IMG/VR virus record: IMGVR_UViG_3300025316_001101
Length of the DNA stretch: 64,000 bases
Strand: one strand, 5' to 3'
Origin: a virus
Lineage: Duplodnaviria; Caudoviricetes
A program made the position numbers and the translations under genes. Positions 54,792-63,445 of this stretch are shown here, piece after piece. The stretch's first letter is position 1; the number at the start of each line of letters is the position of its first letter. Under the pieces are notes generated by a model, which was not told where the DNA came from, made no database searches, and saw only the letters and a program-made list of their open reading frames with translations.

Positions 54792-54872
54792 TAGGACCGA
54801 AGGGAATCGAACCCTTATTGCCCTTTCGAGCCCAGATTAAAAGTCTGGAGCATTCCAGTCTGCCACGATCCC
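54792..54872 (-). tRNA. tRNA-Lys(TTT) with a long variable arm
   Basis: CCAGA-CT TTT AA-TCTGG; extra arm GCTC-GAAA-GGGC. Confidence 0.85.
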
Positions 54873-54902
54873 ATATTGGTGATCGTTGCACGTTTAAGCC
54901 TG

Positions 54903-55178
54903 TTAAAATCCATCTTCCATTTCCTTAATCATTTGTTCAAGAGCAACTTCTTGCTCTGTAATTTTTTGATATTCTTCCGGCGTCATATCTGCCGCACAGT
55001 TGTTGTTACACAACTTCACCAACTTTTCATGTGTCGGTGACTTCCATTTCTCGGCTAACATTTCCTCACCACCGCCGATCAAGTCAACCCATCCCATTCC
55101 CATCGCATTTTCAAATGCGTCTTCTGCGCCACATCGGGTGCAATATGCTCCCGGCCAACCACTCCAATTATGTGCCAT
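54903..55178 (-). CDS. hypothetical protein
   Basis: AGGAGA RBS before MAHNWSGWPG; CTRCG. Confidence 0.6.
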   Translation of the reverse strand: MAHNWSGWPGAYCTRCGAEDAFENAMGMGWVDLIGGGEEMLAEKWKSPTHEKLVKLCNNNCAADMTPEEYQKITEQEVALEQMIKEMEDGF

Positions 55179-55236
55179 GTTAGTTCTCCTTTGGTGTCTA
55201 TTATACCGTAACTGATCCAACTTGTGAACACCAAAC

Positions 55237-55268
55237 AAAAAACCCCGGTTCTTCGAACCGGGGTTTTT
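55237..55268. terminator. bidirectional-type intrinsic terminator
   Basis: AAAAAACCCCGGTTC-TTC-GAACCGGGGTTTTT. Confidence 0.85.
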
Positions 55269-55504
55269 CCTAAAACTTATACCGGTTCGGGCTGTCCCGA
55301 CCGGCGTATGCCTTGGTTCAGGACGTAGTGTGGCTAATATGACCGTGTTTCGGCCAGCATTTACCACTACGTCTTGTAATCAAAGCAAATAACATTTTCG
55401 TTTCCTTTACACCTTAGACGCACCAAGCGTCCAAAAGGTTCACTAAAAAATGGGCCGGTCATATAGACACGGCCAACCTCTCACCAAGAGAGGGGAGTCG
55501 TAAG

Positions 55505-55577
55505 TGGCAGACCCAGGTTCCGACCCTGGAAGCCTCGGCTTATGAGACCGAGAAGGCGACCACGCCTACCATCTGCT
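55505..55577 (-). tRNA. tRNA-Met(CAT), 1:72 mismatch, non-canonical T-loop
   Basis: TCGGT-CT CAT AA-GCCGA; A1:C72; T-loop GTCGGAA. Confidence 0.75.
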
Positions 55578-55582
55578 ATAAG

Positions 55583-55675
55583 TGGTGGGGGCTGGGATCG
55601 AACCAGCGATCTTCAGGTTATTCTAGGGCTTGTCTGAGCCAAGAGCCTGACGAGATGCCTCTTCTCCACCCCACG
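55583..55675 (-). tRNA. initiator-type tRNA-fMet(CAT) with a 21-nt insert at anticodon position 34/35 (55622-55642)
   Basis: CGTGGGG start with C1:C72 mismatch; TCAGG-CTC[TTGGCTCAGACAAGCCCTAGA]ATAA-CCTGA. Confidence 0.8.
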
Positions 55676-55694
55676 TCATGTATTCTTATATATC

Positions 55695-55726
55695 TATTAT
55701 ACGCTGAAATTTTCGTTTGTCAAGTC
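55695..55726 (-). promoter_or_regulatory. sigma70-type promoter driving the 55.7-52.5 kb tRNA operon
   Basis: TTGACA-N16-TATAAT, identical to 33923-33954. Confidence 0.85.
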
Positions 55727-55803
55727 GGAATTTTTCAGAAGCTCATCGGAATTTCTCTGCCATCCAATTTCAACGAAGAAATCAACGGTAATATATAATT
55801 TCA

Positions 55804-56523
55804 ATGAAACAATCAGATTTGATCATCCTTAGCTCTACTCGGAACAAAACCATAGAGAATTTTGAAATTAAGATGCTTGATTCCTTTTGCAGGACGACTC
55901 CTCAAGAATGCAAAATGTTAGTCATAGAAAATAATTCCAATGCAGTGGATCATGCTCAATGGAAAGAATGTGTCGAATCAAAAGGCCAAACATTTATGTT
56001 TTTTGATGGAGAATTCAACATAAACAAAATGTACAATTTGGGGACCAAATTAACCACCAGTGAATATGTGATGTATGCTAATTCAGATATTGTATTTCAC
56101 ACGAACTGGTATCGTAATCTTTTGAATTGGTTTGATGTCACGCCCAATCTATTTGTCGTATCGCCTTTTTCTAAAGCCCTAGTTCCTGACGTAAATAGAC
56201 ATGGAGTATACAGAACCGATGTGATGCCCGTCAGATATATTCACGATACCGTTTACATACCTGGATGGTTTTATTGTTTGAAGCGATCAAGTCATTTCGT
56301 GTGGGATGAAAACTTCCGGGCACATTTTCAAGATGTGGATTTTGTTTATACGCTTGAAAGAATGAGAAAGAAAGACAATAGCATTAAAAGCGGAATAGCC
56401 TACAACAGCAGAGTTGATCACTTGTGTGGCGGCACGGCTCACAATGCATCTCAATACTATTACACCACACAAGGCGAATATGCTTGTTTCGCCAAGTGGG
56501 GAGTGGGCAAGAAGTGGAATTAG
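55804..56523 (+). CDS. glycosyltransferase family 2
   Basis: NINKMYNLG, YANSDIVF (DxD-like), WDENF..FQDVDF. Confidence 0.8.
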   Translation: MKQSDLIILSSTRNKTIENFEIKMLDSFCRTTPQECKMLVIENNSNAVDHAQWKECVESKGQTFMFFDGEFNINKMYNLGTKLTTSEYVMYANSDIVFHTNWYRNLLNWFDVTPNLFVVSPFSKALVPDVNRHGVYRTDVMPVRYIHDTVYIPGWFYCLKRSSHFVWDENFRAHFQDVDFVYTLERMRKKDNSIKSGIAYNSRVDHLCGGTAHNASQYYYTTQGEYACFAKWGVGKKWN

Positions 56524-57122
56524 TTGTGCAGTACCACTTTTATATTCCTGCTTTCCAACTGCTTGATCAATTCTTTAACTGATTCATCAGACTCAGTTGA
56601 CACAAATCTCTGGTGAAATTCGACGTGTAATTCGTCGATCCAATCGGCTATATTTCTTTCTAGCAAACTACGCAATACACGGAACTCAGATCCTTCAATA
56701 TCCATTTTAATCAAAATATAATCATCTTGATTAAAATTAGCCGTAATGAATCTTCCTAAATCTATTTTTGGCACCATAAAGGTGGCAATCAAAACATCAC
56801 TGATTGCGGTTGACTCGTTCTTAAATTTGCGCATAGCTTGACCGGCTTGCACTGCAAAGTCCTGATAAATAGAAGATCCGCCGTCATCATCTTTAGAAAC
56901 ATGAAACGCTGCGTTTCCATCTTCTATACCGATCACTGCATTCAACAAAGAAACCGTTACGCCTTTGAACGTAACTTTACCCGTACTACATACTAAAGGA
57001 TTGGCTTCAAATCCATAAACCTCCCAAGTAGAATCAATTTTATTTTGATCTATCATCACACCCATACCGTGTCCACGATGAGTGCCACAATCTAAGAAAA
57101 CTTTTTTATTCATTTGAAACAC
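56520..57122 (-). CDS. FkbM family methyltransferase
   Basis: FLDCGTHRG, GFEANP, LIKMDIEGSEF, LHVEFH. Confidence 0.9.
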   Translation of the reverse strand: MFQMNKKVFLDCGTHRGHGMGVMIDQNKIDSTWEVYGFEANPLVCSTGKVTFKGVTVSLLNAVIGIEDGNAAFHVSKDDDGGSSIYQDFAVQAGQAMRKFKNESTAISDVLIATFMVPKIDLGRFITANFNQDDYILIKMDIEGSEFRVLRSLLERNIADWIDELHVEFHQRFVSTESDESVKELIKQLESRNIKVVLHN

Positions 57123-57326
57123 ATTAAAAGGTTGCCTACTAAAATGAACGTGCCAATTATGGATATTACAGCGACGATGCCATATCCTATTTTAGCATCA
57201 GCACTTTGATGCCTACTTGAAGTCCACAATCCATAAGTAGCGATGGAGCCGCCGAAAATCATAATGAATACGGCGGCTACCAATCGCATTAAATCTATCG
57301 AGTTGTTTTCCATCAGTCAATTCTAC

Positions 57327-57878
57327 TTATTTTGACGGCTCAACTTTTTTCTCTTCGAGTTTAATGTCAGCTTTAGGCTGTTCGGCTTTCAATTCCTTTT
57401 CCAGCTTTTCCAGCTTGTTCTCAACCTGCGGCTGATCTTTAATTTCCGGCTTGGGGAGTTCCGTCTTCGGTGCTGGATTCTTGGGTTGAGTTTCAGGATG
57501 CAGTGGAACATATCTCCAACCGGCAATTTGTCCTGGGCCGTGATAGATGTCGATCTCTTTGCCCCACTGCTTGTCAATTGGAACGACCGCTACTGACCAA
57601 TTTTTGCCACTATGAACGGCTTTTTCCACATCAATCTTCGCCGGTTCAGTCTTATCAGATGTTGCGGCTGAAGCTGTTTTTGGTTGTGAAAGCCCAGAAA
57701 TATCGGATTCCCACTTGCCAAGATACTTTCCAATCACCATGCCTAACACCAACGATCCTAAACATCCCCATGCTACATAACGCTTATTCATTGTACTACT
57801 CCTAACAGAAAAACTACTCTCTTGGGGAACACTCCCAAGAACATTGCCATAGTATAACATTTTCACAAGGCTTGTCAA
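57327..57878 (-). CDS. membrane-anchored hypothetical protein
   Basis: TM segment VAWGCLGSLVLGMVIG; the real start is probably MNKRY. Confidence 0.5.
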   Translation of the reverse strand: MTSLVKMLYYGNVLGSVPQESSFSVRSSTMNKRYVAWGCLGSLVLGMVIGKYLGKWESDISGLSQPKTASAATSDKTEPAKIDVEKAVHSGKNWSVAVVPIDKQWGKEIDIYHGPGQIAGWRYVPLHPETQPKNPAPKTELPKPEIKDQPQVENKLEKLEKELKAEQPKADIKLEEKKVEPSK

Positions 57879-58393
57879 TCCCTTGGTCTGATGTATTCTT
57901 TAAGGGGGTCTTCCCAATTGACCCTTTCCCCTGCTTCGCTACGTTTTTGCGCATCCTTGAACCGCCAACTATTGACGAACTGATAACCATTCATGCACAT
58001 CTCCGTATGGCCATCGTCGCCGTGGTTATACCATGCTTCGCAAAGCCATACATCAGGATGATGAGCCGTACCCTTGAATTGTCCTTCTGACAATTTGTGA
58101 AATTCTTCGTAGTTGCCAATATAAAACAACTCATTATCATCCTCCGGTGGCAAGGCAAGCATTTCAGCCGGTGCCTCCCACACTTCTGGGCCTATCAACT
58201 CTACCCCCGGCTTGTTGAACAAGAAAAGCTCGCACTCGTACACCCGACCAAAATCTGGAATACAGAATTCTGGTTTGCAAAGCACTCTCTCGGTAGGCAG
58301 CCAGAACCGACCGCATGGAAATTGTAAAAATTTAGCCCACTCTGGTTTGAGTTCCCGATAGAGTTTCATCAACCTAATGTCTGTATAAGTCAT
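57875..58393 (-). CDS. hypothetical protein
   Basis: ORF coupled by ATGA overlaps. Confidence 0.6.
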   Translation of the reverse strand: MTYTDIRLMKLYRELKPEWAKFLQFPCGRFWLPTERVLCKPEFCIPDFGRVYECELFLFNKPGVELIGPEVWEAPAEMLALPPEDDNELFYIGNYEEFHKLSEGQFKGTAHHPDVWLCEAWYNHGDDGHTEMCMNGYQFVNSWRFKDAQKRSEAGERVNWEDPLKEYIRPRD

Positions 58394-58834
58394 TCGTCAT
58401 CATCCGCTAATGTTTTTTCTTCAAAGTGATTCAATTCCCGCATAGACCAAATAAACCCGCCGTCGCCGCTTCCAGAAAAGATTCTATGATCCCATGTACA
58501 CCACCCTTGTCTCGGATTCCACTTGCTCATAGCAATCAAAGTTCCAGGTCGTGTTTCAGAATAAAGCATTCCCGTGCGCCAACTCCCTTCGGCAAAAGGC
58601 AAGAATCCAATTCGTCGGATGAGCTTCATCGCCTATACTTTCTCGACCAAGCAGCAGCACGCTCATCAGCAAACCCAAGTGAAAATACCCCTCTAGAGCC
58701 TACACTGCGGGCTCTATTAATGGCGTTTGCAGAATTCAATGATGCATTTCCCATATTACAAGAGAACCCGCTAACCGGCCTATGATCTCGATGGCTCTCA
58801 CAAAATGGGAAAAATCCAATTTGACGTATGAGTT

Positions 58835-60085
58835 TCATTCGTAATCACTTAATTTGAATACATTGGATTCTTTAGGAATGTAATGTCGGCAATCATAGCT
58901 CAAAAACCAATACCAACGTTCGGGCTTCTCAGGTCGAACCGAATTACCCATGCCATCCGTAATCAAAAATACGGCTTCTGGATATTTGCAACCTTCGTTC
59001 AGCATCGTCTTTTGAATAAATGCTTCCAGAATACCGAATGATGTTCCACCACCGCCGTATATCTTACCCTTGGCAAGCTCCACTTCTTTCACCGCTGTAT
59101 CGAAGCAGAACAGTCTTACATCGAACCGCTTTGGATCAAGACTACGAGCCGCTTTGAAAAATCGATCTTTGAGATTCCAGCACGATCCACTGGTATCTTG
59201 AAACAAAAATACCATAATCTTGCCTTCGGTTTCGTGCTCGATTTCCATCTCCGTGGGCAGCATAAGCTTCTTATCCAAAGTGACGAATCTTCGATTCACT
59301 CTAGCCCACTGTTCAATGTCCTTCATTTCCGGCCGGTCGTATTTTCTGGACCACTCTTTTATTACAGTCTCCCACTTCTTCTTCTTTTTAACCGGCTTCA
59401 CATCAATGAAAGTCCAACCACCCGTGCCTACGCCCGCCTGTGACTCTTGCACTTCCGCTTCATAATGCTTTTCAATCGTGTCCTTGAGAGCATCTTTCTC
59501 TTCCTTGGACAACACCCCATCTAATTTACCGACTACCTCATCCCAATTAGATGTTCCCAATCCAGCATGATCATCCAACGTGCGAATCACCAACTTGAGT
59601 TTTTCTAAATTTTTGGGCATACGGTTGAAGTAATACTCAAACGATTTATCGTCAGGCATATCTTCGCCAACAAACACCGTATCGACCCAACAGCCCTTCT
59701 TGTTGAGATCGCCAAGAAGGGCTCGATCAAATCCAAATCCTCGCACCAAGGCATGATTCACAATAACATCTAGCAAATAATTTGCAACCTCATGATCCTG
59801 AGACCCCAAGGTTCTAATGCCATGATTCAAAATGATGTGCAAACATTCATGGCAGATTACAAATAGCCGTTGATACTCATTTAACGAATTCCAATACTTG
59901 GGATTGAACACGAATTCTACCCAATCGCCTTGAGAATCAAAACTAACCGCTGCCGTTTCAATCTCATTGGTGAAAACAGGACGACCCATTTTCCACAACT
60001 GATAAAAAACAGCATGGTATTCCTCTAGCTTCAAGCTCAAAGCCAGAAACTCATCGGCGCTAAGCGTCGGTGTTGGGATACTCAC
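58835..60085 (-). CDS. DUF2201-type metallopeptidase + vWA domain protein
   Basis: HECLH zinc motif, FQDTSGS MIDAS, GGGGTSF, FLITDG; GTG start overlaps the upstream TAG. Confidence 0.88.
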   Translation of the reverse strand: MSIPTPTLSADEFLALSLKLEEYHAVFYQLWKMGRPVFTNEIETAAVSFDSQGDWVEFVFNPKYWNSLNEYQRLFVICHECLHIILNHGIRTLGSQDHEVANYLLDVIVNHALVRGFGFDRALLGDLNKKGCWVDTVFVGEDMPDDKSFEYYFNRMPKNLEKLKLVIRTLDDHAGLGTSNWDEVVGKLDGVLSKEEKDALKDTIEKHYEAEVQESQAGVGTGGWTFIDVKPVKKKKKWETVIKEWSRKYDRPEMKDIEQWARVNRRFVTLDKKLMLPTEMEIEHETEGKIMVFLFQDTSGSCWNLKDRFFKAARSLDPKRFDVRLFCFDTAVKEVELAKGKIYGGGGTSFGILEAFIQKTMLNEGCKYPEAVFLITDGMGNSVRPEKPERWYWFLSYDCRHYIPKESNVFKLSDYE

Positions 60086-60223
60086 TACTTGCCCACTCCC
60101 ATTACGGCCACAGCCGCTATGATTGAAACGATTACACACTCTACGATCAAAAGCGTCAATCCAGCATTAAACGACCGATGTTGACACATCATCACCACCG
60201 CAATAATTGCCGCTGGCAAGCAA

Positions 60224-61722
60224 GTCAATTACCCCTCCCACAAGGGGAGGGGCTTGGGATTTGTCAAACTAATGTTTTAACTAATCGCTTAGAAGAAGTT
60301 TGACGAATTGCTTCAATCCTTATTCTTCTCGGTGTATTGACGACACCACTATTGAGTTGAGTAATTAAACTCTTCCCTTTACCTTCTTTTAACATTATAC
60401 CCAATGCTCCATTTACATCTGCATTAAGCACTATTCCTGTTGATGACTTAAATAATCCTCTTGGGTATCTTTTTCCCATATATTCATCATGATGACACAT
60501 TACTTCACCAGCAAGATGATCGCATTTACTTGTGTATGCTTCTTCCCTTGCTTTGAAACTAATACCATTTAACATTAGTTTTGATTTTAGTTTTTGAACA
60601 AACTTAGCAAAAGGAAGATTTACGAAGTTTTGGTTGTTCTTATCGCCGTGATTAACACCATTTTGTGCCATCCATCCTTCGCCAATTACCACATTACCAA
60701 CATCATTATTCAAACAATATTGAAGAATGAAATTAGAATAATTATTTAAGTAATCATTGATTTGTCGCCCTCGTCTTGCTCCAAGCCAACGAATACGCTT
60801 ACTGCTTTTCTTTCCTTGCTTTTCAAGTATTGATTGTAATTCTGCTTTTGTTTTGTTATATAATCTGTTTAGTGATTTAAGTTCCCGACCATCCATAATG
60901 AATGAGCGTCCAGATTTTTCATCAAGACAAGTAGCAAAATTATTTACACCAATGTCAATACTTAGACAATTCTTTCCTTCACTTGCTTTCGGTTCTTCTA
61001 CTTCATACACATATTCAATCTCAAAGTATTCAGCATCTAATTTGGGAATAATGCGTATTTCTTTAATTTTATGTTTTTTAATACATTCGGGTATTAGATA
61101 TTTGAATTCTTTGAGTCTGTATTTGCTTTTGAGAGTTGGTGTAATCCTAACTTTGATTTCAGTTTTCCATAATCCTTTATTGTTTGGAAGAATGAATGGA
61201 AAATATCCATCCTTGTCCAAGTATCCAGGTATTTTAACTTCTCCTACATAATGACCCAATCTCTTACTTCGTAATAATCCAAAGAATGAAGCGTATGCTC
61301 TATCAACCATCATCATTGACTGCTGACTTGCTAATGTTGGCATTGATTTGTATGAATGATGGTTTTTAACTGAATGATATGCTGTTGCGTAAGTCAGGCG
61401 TTCTCCACACTTAAAAAAATGTTGTCGCATTGCGTAAAGAGTGCTGTTGTAAACATCCTTACTTTTACGGCACATTGACTTCAAGAAGTAATGTTCTTTT
61501 TGCGTTAGACCTTTGAGTTTGTTTTTCAATACAAGTAGCATACTAAATTATATAGTATGCTAAGTTTATTTTTTCATAACTTTTTCAAAATAATTTTCAT
61601 TATGCGGGCTTACATCCCCCACCACAAGGGTTTGACCTAGTTCGCATTTTCGTTCGCTACGCTCACTCAACGCTCACAGGTCAAACATTCCTGCGGAATG
61701 TGGAGGTTTTCGCCCGCTTTCT
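60224..61722 (-). mobile_element. non-autonomous IS200/IS605-family element (tnpB only)
   Basis: TTTAT target 5' of the left end; right-end hairpin CCCCTCCC-ACAAG-GGGAGGGG followed by TAATTGAC. Confidence 0.85.
60264..61541 (-). CDS. tnpB: TnpB RNA-guided endonuclease
   Basis: RuvC D (SIDIGVNN), E (VIGEG / REEAYTSK), D (NADVNGALGI); reduced zinc finger. Confidence 0.92.
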   Translation of the reverse strand: MLLVLKNKLKGLTQKEHYFLKSMCRKSKDVYNSTLYAMRQHFFKCGERLTYATAYHSVKNHHSYKSMPTLASQQSMMMVDRAYASFFGLLRSKRLGHYVGEVKIPGYLDKDGYFPFILPNNKGLWKTEIKVRITPTLKSKYRLKEFKYLIPECIKKHKIKEIRIIPKLDAEYFEIEYVYEVEEPKASEGKNCLSIDIGVNNFATCLDEKSGRSFIMDGRELKSLNRLYNKTKAELQSILEKQGKKSSKRIRWLGARRGRQINDYLNNYSNFILQYCLNNDVGNVVIGEGWMAQNGVNHGDKNNQNFVNLPFAKFVQKLKSKLMLNGISFKAREEAYTSKCDHLAGEVMCHHDEYMGKRYPRGLFKSSTGIVLNADVNGALGIMLKEGKGKSLITQLNSGVVNTPRRIRIEAIRQTSSKRLVKTLV

Positions 61723-61798
61723 ATAAACCAATAGCGTGTCAATATACTCCACACGCACAGAAAGAACAAAATAATTGCAAATTCCACTTCATTATCTC

Positions 61799-63433
61799 CT
61801 ATTTACGAGTCCAACTTTTACCACCAAGCCCTCTGTATGTAGAGGGAGCAGGCACAGGTGTGGCTACCGGCACTTTCGGCGGTCTGCCACGACCACGCTT
61901 GGTTGGCAAAGCAATAGCACTTCCATTAGACGTAGATACGCCTGTAGCCCTGGGACAAAGGATTTTGCCGCCATGACCCGCCGCACACAACTTGTTCAAC
62001 AGATCGGGGAAAGCCCCACCGTACTTTTTATAAATTTCCGGCCAATGAATATTTTCATTCTTGGCAATTTGATCAATAGCGTGATTTGCCATTCCCACCA
62101 TACCATTCAACCGAATTGAATTTTTCAACGTGGTTAAATGTGACTTCTTACAAATTAACGCCAATATCTTCAACACTTCTACGGCTTCTGCACTTGTCAT
62201 GGTCGGCGGCAATCGACGAGCCATATCCTCCAAAACCTTCTTACGGTCGTAGGTCTGCTGTCTCTTGCCAAGCTGATTCTTCCAAAGATCGGTCGCAGCC
62301 CTAAACGGATTGCTCGGTGTATAAATTGCACCTGCGTGCGTATTAAACTTCGGCTTATCTGGCATGCTATGCCCGATCATCTCTCCACCACTGGTAATAA
62401 ATCCTACATTTAGAGCATTCAAAGCATCGGGATGACTCGCCAATGCCTTCTTCAGCTTCTTGGTCAATGCTTTGTTTTGATCGGCTGTCAAAATTTCCGC
62501 CACTATTGCACGTAACGACTCATTCGTATCTACATGCTTCATTGTCCAATCAAACACTGCATCTTCGGCAACGATCAGCGAACTAATCTTTTCATCAGAC
62601 ATCAGCGGAAGAAAGTAATCCCTAAACACTTCCTCATTCACAATATAATTAACGGCCGCTGCATAGGTATTTTCAGTCGTTACAAATTTCCTAGCTTCGT
62701 CCTTGTTGTTGGTAGACATCAATTCCCGCAAACGATCCATCACAGGACCAGTCTTAATGATCGTTAGCAACTTCGATACATTGGCCTTAGGTGGCAACAC
62801 ATCTCGTACATCCCCTTGCTTGGTCAAAATATCCAGGGCATAATCCAATCGCCGGGGCGAACAAGCATCCTTCATTTCAACTGGCAATTCATTCCACCAA
62901 GAAATTGCCGCTCTGGATGTATCGGCACCATAGACCTTGGTAAAATAATCTAGATCCGGCTTATAAGGAATGTCCAATGAAACGTGGAATCGGTCCTTTT
63001 GCGCCGGGTCCAATCGTTCAACATCGTATTCATCTTCATCGTCTGGGTTGATCGCCGCCCACACGATACGCAAATTCTTAAATTTCTTGCCGTTAATGCT
63101 CTTGAACTGCATCAACTCCATTACAGCATTACGCACCTTCTTATGAGCACGATTGAACTCATCGAAAAATAACGCCTCGATCTGGTCCAACTGAAATTCC
63201 AATGGTCGCACCAAATCAATATAAGGCACACCCTCGGCAGTCACTTGCTCTTTAGGAATTCCAATAAAATCTACCCACGGGTCCATCGTAGCAGCAGAGA
63301 AATACTTCCACCGCAAATTGGCCTTATCAAATGCCTGGGTGATTATAGCTGTCTTACCGACACCGTGACGACCAACAAACAATACGTTATAACCGTGCTT
63401 GATCCAAAACTCTAACTTCGCTTGACTAATCAT
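61799..63433 (-). CDS. MoxR-like AAA+ ATPase with C-terminal AT-hook
   Basis: Walker A GRHGVGKT, Walker B LFFDEFNR, AAINP, LDPAQKDRF; tail KRGRGRPPK. Confidence 0.9.
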   Translation of the reverse strand: MISQAKLEFWIKHGYNVLFVGRHGVGKTAIITQAFDKANLRWKYFSAATMDPWVDFIGIPKEQVTAEGVPYIDLVRPLEFQLDQIEALFFDEFNRAHKKVRNAVMELMQFKSINGKKFKNLRIVWAAINPDDEDEYDVERLDPAQKDRFHVSLDIPYKPDLDYFTKVYGADTSRAAISWWNELPVEMKDACSPRRLDYALDILTKQGDVRDVLPPKANVSKLLTIIKTGPVMDRLRELMSTNNKDEARKFVTTENTYAAAVNYIVNEEVFRDYFLPLMSDEKISSLIVAEDAVFDWTMKHVDTNESLRAIVAEILTADQNKALTKKLKKALASHPDALNALNVGFITSGGEMIGHSMPDKPKFNTHAGAIYTPSNPFRAATDLWKNQLGKRQQTYDRKKVLEDMARRLPPTMTSAEAVEVLKILALICKKSHLTTLKNSIRLNGMVGMANHAIDQIAKNENIHWPEIYKKYGGAFPDLLNKLCAAGHGGKILCPRATGVSTSNGSAIALPTKRGRGRPPKVPVATPVPAPSTYRGLGGKSWTRK

Positions 63434-63445
63434 TATCGCCCCTTG

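Larger units (their letters stand above)
60085..61787 (-). pseudogene. 67-aa membrane protein gene split by the TnpB element (fragments 61787-61723 and 60223-60085)
   Basis: joining the flanks gives the uninterrupted ORF MEFAIILFFLCVWSILTRYWFICLPAAIIAVVMMCQHRSFNAGLTLLIVECVIVSIIAAVAVMGVGK with an AGGAG RBS. Confidence 0.8.

Noticed and set aside
55335-55365. Hammerhead ribozyme (GGCCGAAAC...GTC on the minus strand)
   Set aside because: No CUGAUGA core upstream, and stem III would be only 2 bp.
60224-61722. IStron (group I intron plus IS)
   Set aside because: Only ~180 nt precede tnpB, no group I core (P7) is recognisable, and the element ends in C rather than the omega-G.
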